Below are positions 60,601 to 64,000 of a stretch of DNA of 64,000 nucleotides, piece by piece. The notes beneath the pieces are model-generated. The model worked only from the letters and a program-made list of their open reading frames with translations, was not told the DNA's origin and made no database searches. The DNA is taken from assembly GCA_963778115.1 (NCBI GenBank), contig CAVZSV010000004.1, positions 1 to 64,000 on the forward strand. The letters run 5' to 3'. The translations under genes and the position numbers were made by a program. This stretch comes from an uncultured delta proteobacterium (GTDB taxonomy: Bacteria; Bdellovibrionota; FAC87; UBA2466). Every line of letters starts with the position of its first letter. Within the stretch, counting starts at the first letter, position 1.

Positions 60601-63600
60601 TCGATGGCCTTTCGGACCTGATCCCTCACAACATCCATTCGAGAGAGCCAGGAATCATATAGGTTATGATCTTTAAGCGCCTTCTTCGTCAAAAAATCCG
60701 ACGCTTTCAAATAGACATCGTTTCCTTTGTCTTTGTGCTCTGTCGCGTGCATGCGATGAGAAAGTTCCGACAAGAAACGATCTACTTCGGGAAGTAAGTC
60801 ATTGGCCGCCGGAGGTGCGGCTTGCAAATCATTAATCTGAGCGACGTCTTGTCCGTACCAGCCGTCTCTTAAGATAATAGCGCGGGCACTTATGGCTGCA
60901 TCGTAAGCTTTTTGTGCTTTTTGTCTCGCCGTCAAAGGCATATTCAAGGACGTTCCCAAAGGGACGATGGAATCCAGACGTTTTAGGGCGGTATCCCACT
61001 TCCCATTGGCAAAAAGCCCGTCTTGCAACCACAGGCGAATATAAAGTGCCTTGGGATTTGCTAGGGGATTTTTTGCATCCACACTTAGTGTCGGAAGCGC
61101 ATTTAATCGTAAACTAGAAGCCTTTACCGAGACGTATTTTCCTTGTGCATAGTTTTTTCCCGTGACACGCCATACCCTGACCCATTCGGCCTTTTGTTTC
61201 GGCTCGTTGTCTTTCCAAGGAATCACCTTGGCACTGACTGCCGGAACCTTTTCGTTAGGAGTACCGGTCACGCCATCCCACTGCTGAACAGGAATAGAAA
61301 CGTCATACGGTTCGTCATCGCCAATTTTCCTGGCATCCTCGGCTAACTTTTTAAGACTATTTTTCCCGTCGTATTCAAATCCTTTTGGACCAAACGAATC
61401 TAAGAACCCGCTATTAAGCGCCTGGTGGGTTCCAAATAAAGCGCGCTCCTCAAAAAATCTAGAGAGGTATTGGTTTTTGAAAATTAAAGTGGCGTCATCA
61501 TACCAACTAAGCGCATCTTTCCCTTTATCGTCTTTATATTCGGTGGCAAACTTTACCCATAATTCCGGCGAATCCAGAACATGGTTTTGGAGAAGCACTC
61601 CGTTTACATCAACAAATCCAGTTAGCGTCTTGTGCAATTTTTCTAGAGTCTCTTCTTGCGCCTTATATACTTCGTGAAGCTTTACGATCTGATCTGTTTT
61701 ATGGGAAGCGATCGTCTCATCCATTTTACCGATGAGGATTTCCCTATCGTGAATAACTTGTAGGGTCTTTTCAAAAAGAGCTTTCCATTCTTTGGTATCC
61801 CCTTGTTTCGGTCTGTTAGTCAGCTTAGGACGCAAATAGTTATCGTAAAGGGCGTTAGCAAATTCAACTTCAGCCGCTTCATAGGTTCGGGTCGCTTCTT
61901 GGGGATTCTCTCTCATCCATTTTCGGAGCGCAGAAAAGTAGTCCCCTCTGAGTCTAGTAACAACCCCTCTATCTTTGTACGGGTTTGCTTCGAGCGTTTC
62001 GTTGAACTTTGCAATCACTTGTGCGGTAAGCGCATCGGTACTGTCAATCGTTAGCGATTCGACCGTTCCATCGGTCTTTTTAACCTCTTGTCGGAAACTC
62101 TTGCGAACTAGATCGTCCGTAAATCCTTTCGCGATTAACTTCTTGGTAATGTCTTTTTGCGTACGGCCAACGATATTTTGCAGCCCCTTCTTCACAATCA
62201 CATAGTCTCGTCCGTTAGCCGGATTGGTCATTCCGGTCACCGGATCCAGAGTGAAGAACGGATATTGCCCCTCACGCCCATAGCCATCGGCCACCTGAAA
62301 AGGAGCGGGAGCCAAAGTGGCGTTCGGAACTTGAGCTTCTCTGTAGGGGTAATTGAAATTATTCCATGGATTGATCCAATCATTGACCGTGGAGGTCGAA
62401 ACCAATCCAGGAGCCGGATTCATCCAATTAGGTAGAACAGATCCGCCAGATACCAGGGCCGGAATAACTTTCTTCCCGAGCTCATGCTCGTGCATGTATT
62501 GTTCGGCCTGTTCCGCTCGCACCGCTTCCTCATACAGCGGCATCAACTCCCGAACACGTCGCCTTGCAATTTCATCCGCTTCGGCGGTCGCATCGTACTT
62601 TTTCTCAAAACCCGGATAGGCCATCAAACGCTTCGTAACTGCCGAGGCCATGCGATTTAATTCCGGCTCAAAATTTGAGGAAGCAAGGTAGGCTTCCCAT
62701 TTGGGGCGATAAGAGGCGTCCCAAAGATAGTTGAAGTAGTTCGCCACCTGTTCGTTGGAAGAGAGGGTAACCGCGTTCGTCCCATAGACTCGCAACGCAT
62801 CGGAAAGCGCGTACAAGAGAACCTCACGAACCATTTTTTCGACCACGGCATTTCGATTCTCAAATTCTTCGTCGGACAACTTCTCAAGATCGTTTTGAAT
62901 GAGAAGCGACCAGAGGGCGAGCTTTTGCCCAAATTGATTGGCTAGATCTTGGGAGGCGGTCTTTTTGCCTTCCCGAATGCGCTCTTCAAAGGGCATCGCT
63001 TTAATAAGATTGCCGGCTAGACTCGCATTAGCGTTCCCATCTCCGCCTTCGCCCTGATCTTCGGCTGCGGGAGTTTGCACCACTTGTTGCTGTTGCATCG
63101 ATGAACCGGAAATCTGTTTATTTCGTTCGGTCGTTAACGCTTTGGTGGCACCTAGTACTAAATTCTCAGCGACCTGGTAAAAATCGGTACTCGTATTGAC
63201 GGGAGGAACCGGGAGTTCCGTCGTCCCTTCGCGGTATTCTTTTTCGAGAACGGCGACCGATTTCGCCAGATTTTCGATCCAAGCGCGCCTTGGTGAAACG
63301 TGATTTAGATCGTTAAACAAAGCGATATACGGATCGACATCTTTATTGAAGCACGCTTGAGGAACCGTTAATTGGCTGTCTTTGGGGAGAAAGGTATTAG
63401 CCGCGGCCAATTCCACCAAACGGCCTTTGATGGCTAGCTGCTTAGTCGCGCTTAGATATGACTTATGCGGCCTCTCCTGGGGTTTCGTAGGATCCGGAGG
63501 GAGTAGTTCCAGCATGATGCGCTCGTCCATCTCTTGAACGTTCTCTTCCTTGGCGTCACACAGACAAAACGCATTCTCCTCAAACTCTTGGCTAGTAGCT

Positions 63601-64000
63601 GGAATGGAGCAGACCTGTGCTTTTGTCGCGCAAGGAACGAAACGAGGAATCTGATCTTTCGTATTGAATGCTTCAACGGGTCGGCCCAGTGCAACTTTCA
63701 AAGCAGCTTGCTCGGCACCCGTTCGACGATCGAGATCAGCAAGTTTTTTTCCAAGGCTCTCGGGAAGAATGAGTTCGGGTGGATTTTCAACGCCACCGTC
63801 TTGCCGGTGCATCCGTGCTTTATCGATGACTAGACGGCTATATTTTCTAAGGCCATGCATCAAAAGCAGCAGATTGCTCAATTCGAAAGTGGTTAACGGA
63901 TCTCCCACTTCGATCTTTTTCATGATCTCCGCCATGGGAGGAGTCATGAACCCTTTGGATTCGGCTCCCATTCGTTTAAGAAGTTTTGCGGTCAGCTCCG
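51660..64000 (-). CDS. Giant hypothetical protein (>4100 aa, 5'-partial)
   Basis: Uninterrupted 12.3-kb frame; upstream of Met 63971 it stays open (ELTAKLLKR) to the window edge. Confidence 0.9.
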   Translation of the reverse strand, partial: ELTAKLLKRMGAESKGFMTPPMAEIMKKIEVGDPLTTFELSNLLLLMHGLRKYSRLVIDKARMHRQDGGVENPPELILPESLGKKLADLDRRTGAEQAALKVALGRPVEAFNTKDQIPRFVPCATKAQVCSIPATSQEFEENAFCLCDAKEENVQEMDERIMLELLPPDPTKPQERPHKSYLSATKQLAIKGRLVELAAANTFLPKDSQLTVPQACFNKDVDPYIALFNDLNHVSPRRAWIENLAKSVAVLEKEYREGTTELPVPPVNTSTDFYQVAENLVLGATKALTTERNKQISGSSMQQQQVVQTPAAEDQGEGGDGNANASLAGNLIKAMPFEERIREGKKTASQDLANQFGQKLALWSLLIQNDLEKLSDEEFENRNAVVEKMVREVLLYALSDALRVYGTNAVTLSSNEQVANYFNYLWDASYRPKWEAYLASSNFEPELNRMASAVTKRLMAYPGFEKKYDATAEADEIARRRVRELMPLYEEAVRAEQAEQYMHEHELGKKVIPALVSGGSVLPNWMNPAPGLVSTSTVNDWINPWNNFNYPYREAQVPNATLAPAPFQVADGYGREGQYPFFTLDPVTGMTNPANGRDYVIVKKGLQNIVGRTQKDITKKLIAKGFTDDLVRKSFRQEVKKTDGTVESLTIDSTDALTAQVIAKFNETLEANPYKDRGVVTRLRGDYFSALRKWMRENPQEATRTYEAAEVEFANALYDNYLRPKLTNRPKQGDTKEWKALFEKTLQVIHDREILIGKMDETIASHKTDQIVKLHEVYKAQEETLEKLHKTLTGFVDVNGVLLQNHVLDSPELWVKFATEYKDDKGKDALSWYDDATLIFKNQYLSRFFEERALFGTHQALNSGFLDSFGPKGFEYDGKNSLKKLAEDARKIGDDEPYDVSIPVQQWDGVTGTPNEKVPAVSAKVIPWKDNEPKQKAEWVRVWRVTGKNYAQGKYVSVKASSLRLNALPTLSVDAKNPLANPKALYIRLWLQDGLFANGKWDTALKRLDSIVPLGTSLNMPLTARQKAQKAYDAAISARAIILRDGWYGQDVAQINDLQAAPPAANDLLPEVDRFLSELSHRMHATEHKDKGNDVYLKASDFLTKKALKDHNLYDSWLSRMDVVRDQVRKAIEAKNAETLKTLYPHARFLFSRLPVFILGRSVNTGTVTWAKDDFVKSMREVLFPSFETFRENVLDLMVQAEAPKKDPATQIEEAEKTIERVQQELWQLDREEVSLFGYIERGRRFVFDNTVAKLIGYDASDKFNNEEIRKNKKEEIDRATELRDRARLDLKAATDLNRILSNYLPKLPEAQTARVVLAEQLKPEFWDAFFKDQFLNTSEDLFGKPLTISAKAPVAIARVQTITPARVLEDLNEIAKVAKGTASIQPGVASEYMEDLVAYCKAGNEPRMADAFARNYQQSLLTDAKLLSTPRSFALVQNLWTNPGNLKELGNEAQFSIHRLKQIWNLREGRSEVEKKTSFLPVALNLLGQVMNTGVIFDASPLAFPSIKEACETLEKRATVFKTQMDTEWAKEHRILPTTALAYWEEIVEPATALFQGPSNTFGPIALVSDAGKMEKQAWFRHGPTDEYPDAKAAVERRKTDATEAQNEALIAFFGLNALTPEMIKKIVGEEANLPAKLTSEDVKDRLTVVSHLTPRERESLYTKVRGYLSGLLLAEPSFKAWKHEMVSREGNADDGFEFSGFPEVGPQGVSPVVQGQAASTPRTAQPVPPGAKPATANPAKPTPALAPVVGGTKPVVTKPPTANRLNPAASTAVANGQAASLAPPAPPAPSTAVVGIAPPPPLSDTQILFQPLTDSSLTYQKWVTGVREKLALWDKLKKDPNFSGTSTVLFDALTTGIFTDFVGPHTHYRLEHHRLFVPKTETQNNRLRTGLVEFTSYSNIERYQIIEDIRELFFAEENRLRSAHEQRVTSLEAKKNSLKTFEEKEKERKEKEKAEEKGVKDADAFTPEPFKKELAFESNSYQHDSDARLLEFWQKHFSDDTEEARTKDGQPKTEYAGVSVNGWGQYWREKNGKAEVPYFKNEQSKAFTWKWAPSGEQTEESFLFQNWLSDLSSDSDVKSAFTEKTAKRFKDNEWHLWDAFDSIEEFKKSPLYGQILTLMQQADRNARTTSEPGTYPYFLALLNWNLNPNRYGVIPDVSTGINQGPLKDVHRAGLMREITDHLKWNLKSFDGWEWVLKSWGRAEDWRIVAQGKRDFLIAVGDRRMGNSLVGGTYVENPNWVPGKYAARATGINTFGATYGFRPTPVHPLERRSFSAFKSPEEYLNWVQNPKNYLSYRINGDDVERPLYQQMVATKNELVGEWNLRENNPLKRDRMNNRGRSDALGGEFRFIDAKGPRATAIVDRAKLLGIKTSGDEVARVVKVREAWIDFRRQVDELRVKYPFEGAVYLQKRGNSVAIDGGWALSTDAAKRIPGMLQKFADQVGYPNQPQLPWAGKTETYGLGALYEADRIAEWAVLGSATPANRKRLEAVEGVIGDYYTEEVLLLEYQRGAKRIGDNIVGRLDKLCTLDVENIETDEQFERASAEIKSAELVYFDNVLDFVNDYMPEGASRQAYYLLEELKTKRSLGQRLTEDYLEPFVAVGLGVMLVGSYFLKGPIGSGTGLALASHVGRLSLTLLFGYQVSMEVGELLYFGPERLKMLANIRDTDIEGYLPLMKDETGIMISDAARDLKEERGSVLGWMWRGWLALAAWQLASPTWQSLKGGWSAMVRKFGGEEYAKRQLVKQLKELGMAESELKEVGGQWKSASQLHEILETRSEKAFTEALSSGVDVFGNFSLDPELAKSYQRLVEKRITALQAQGGSAEAMARAFQCRAQVNASTPFISSQNLVFLHGSGESFGAQMMPTAIQVVGIPETAYDAFNWGVTKIGRGLRASKFTRWAASDSLIRPSTLLNEITPAVSGFQRSRQLLVFRRLSEVVSAADYRLRVTFAKMNGRVPSDEDMAELLTALFDDSHPMAAKLKSYLPAQVDARQVGADSKTVVEELATPQGREKLDLLQDINEIKSQWNLGGLPQDTSSAEFKKFIDILARKDFDALAAEMGNPGRVLLASLRPTQDALDAEAKAHVPYLDPLTAEKIKRLKVEKLALAFPTNGYLQLLYHDLLPAAEADSLKGILSEGLTSAYLERRLGMLRFRRALSEEQVALHKKAIRLTRAMEDMDARYRFVTPAKELGKTPINPQEFNTLAKRYLNAEKTMPQTFAEAHGVVFGEMQELAEFSASDLEEYYALQKRHFAGQTDQRLLEESYQLLRKLTSVGRPGSGPLSLENLSAVLSVPPEILVSAMGNRTVLLGNNFAKGIVTETLLGRTLPLDLEKRVSRQLSVLLTEAPVLTLKEATDALGIDYLAVANGMNGAMVERYARVTRNNLQNYFIKFSDELTGQARELAESMDPARQMSKHVDEAEAVIRKHIEWTRTTDERWQRTRRDVQARMQARRDSFPAEMVQGGSEFELNRHIDETTNFIIQFQDEVPTVKAPARQSEDAVREQLRAKISKDVYEQRTNFPENFRSFPTEKHIERLIDDTADEMMQWRKTPLTKREKAPETPAERWQRIREEVKARVEAKKESLPPQMTQGANREALNRYIDETTDAIIRFQDGLPAKEPVSNKWRQIETEVRARVQKDVRARMKSHPQDFQGWSDVQVNKLIDEQTDEIVALRQGKKIDPISRSKGPNGKPPEPPPTAAVPKDVPKPPAPPAPASAAPEAAPAGNVRARLSLKENPRVKRFVDAGAVDPKSVEIASENGSLKALQDFKLQRAMPTDLAEQEQWNKELADLKTLHLLDEIETLESEGIIDGEKATSILQAGIRSYVRSELHQIEMTEDMAYRDLKEFVAQASGGTLLRVQITEAQYVYGELYPMIAEAHQKLVAKAASMAADQWVAQQKLIARAMKAIERQVLAMPEFAHEGKLIKASGIQSEILASESQLPFEMLVQPEMLKEPEVLARLLKGPRNTNARKTADHMIQIFGDTKVNIELSSVELQREAFDLQVKERWLNTMGEGLFAQAQRDSAMEAEFGKFRTLFTRSHSRIQLQGGKEIPPFIDFTAAAPQGTAAPSAIIVPKTAQPEAPSKLWLPPGSDIKPPPEAQPGTEGQGPVK

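Noticed and set aside
1..64000. tRNA, rRNA, CRISPR array, IS, integrase or prophage
   Set aside because: I saw no cloverleaf or T-loop signatures, regularly spaced repeats, or transposase, integrase or phage structural motifs

Overview
A roughly 50% GC bacterial chromosome segment. Gene content and order suggest a deltaproteobacterial or Bdellovibrionota-like organism (inference). Housekeeping blocks: recN-FAH-clpS-clpA; xth-S9 peptidase-TPR-rimI-SurA-like-ridA-SRPBCC-glpX; and PBP1A followed by rimP-nusA-infB-rbfA-truB-rpsO-pnp-M16-dut. The accessory region (about 0.2-4 kb and 9.8-30 kb) is rich in exported proteins and signalling genes. The window ends in a giant ORF (>4100 aa) that is still open at the edge. 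Main signals: (1) an apparent sigma-54 circuit: six -24/-12 promoter candidates in front of mostly envelope or regulatory genes, a shared 18-bp palindromic enhancer-like motif, an IHF site, a translationally coupled NtrC-like regulator / hybrid kinase / outer-membrane protein operon, and a bEBP with no regulatory domain; (2) two apparent pseudo-enzymes (NfrB-like GT2; Cache + CheA-like ATPase); (3) PNPase with a ~315-aa RGG/RD-rich disordered tail; (4) the giant protein, with a hydrophobic hairpin, ABAB ~60-aa repeats and J-like modules; (5) two unexplained structured intergenic regions (27.75-27.95 kb and 36.65-36.88 kb); (6) a 1-nt frameshift in a leucyl aminopeptidase. I found no tRNA, rRNA, CRISPR array or mobile element. 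All calls are by eye from motifs; no searches were run.
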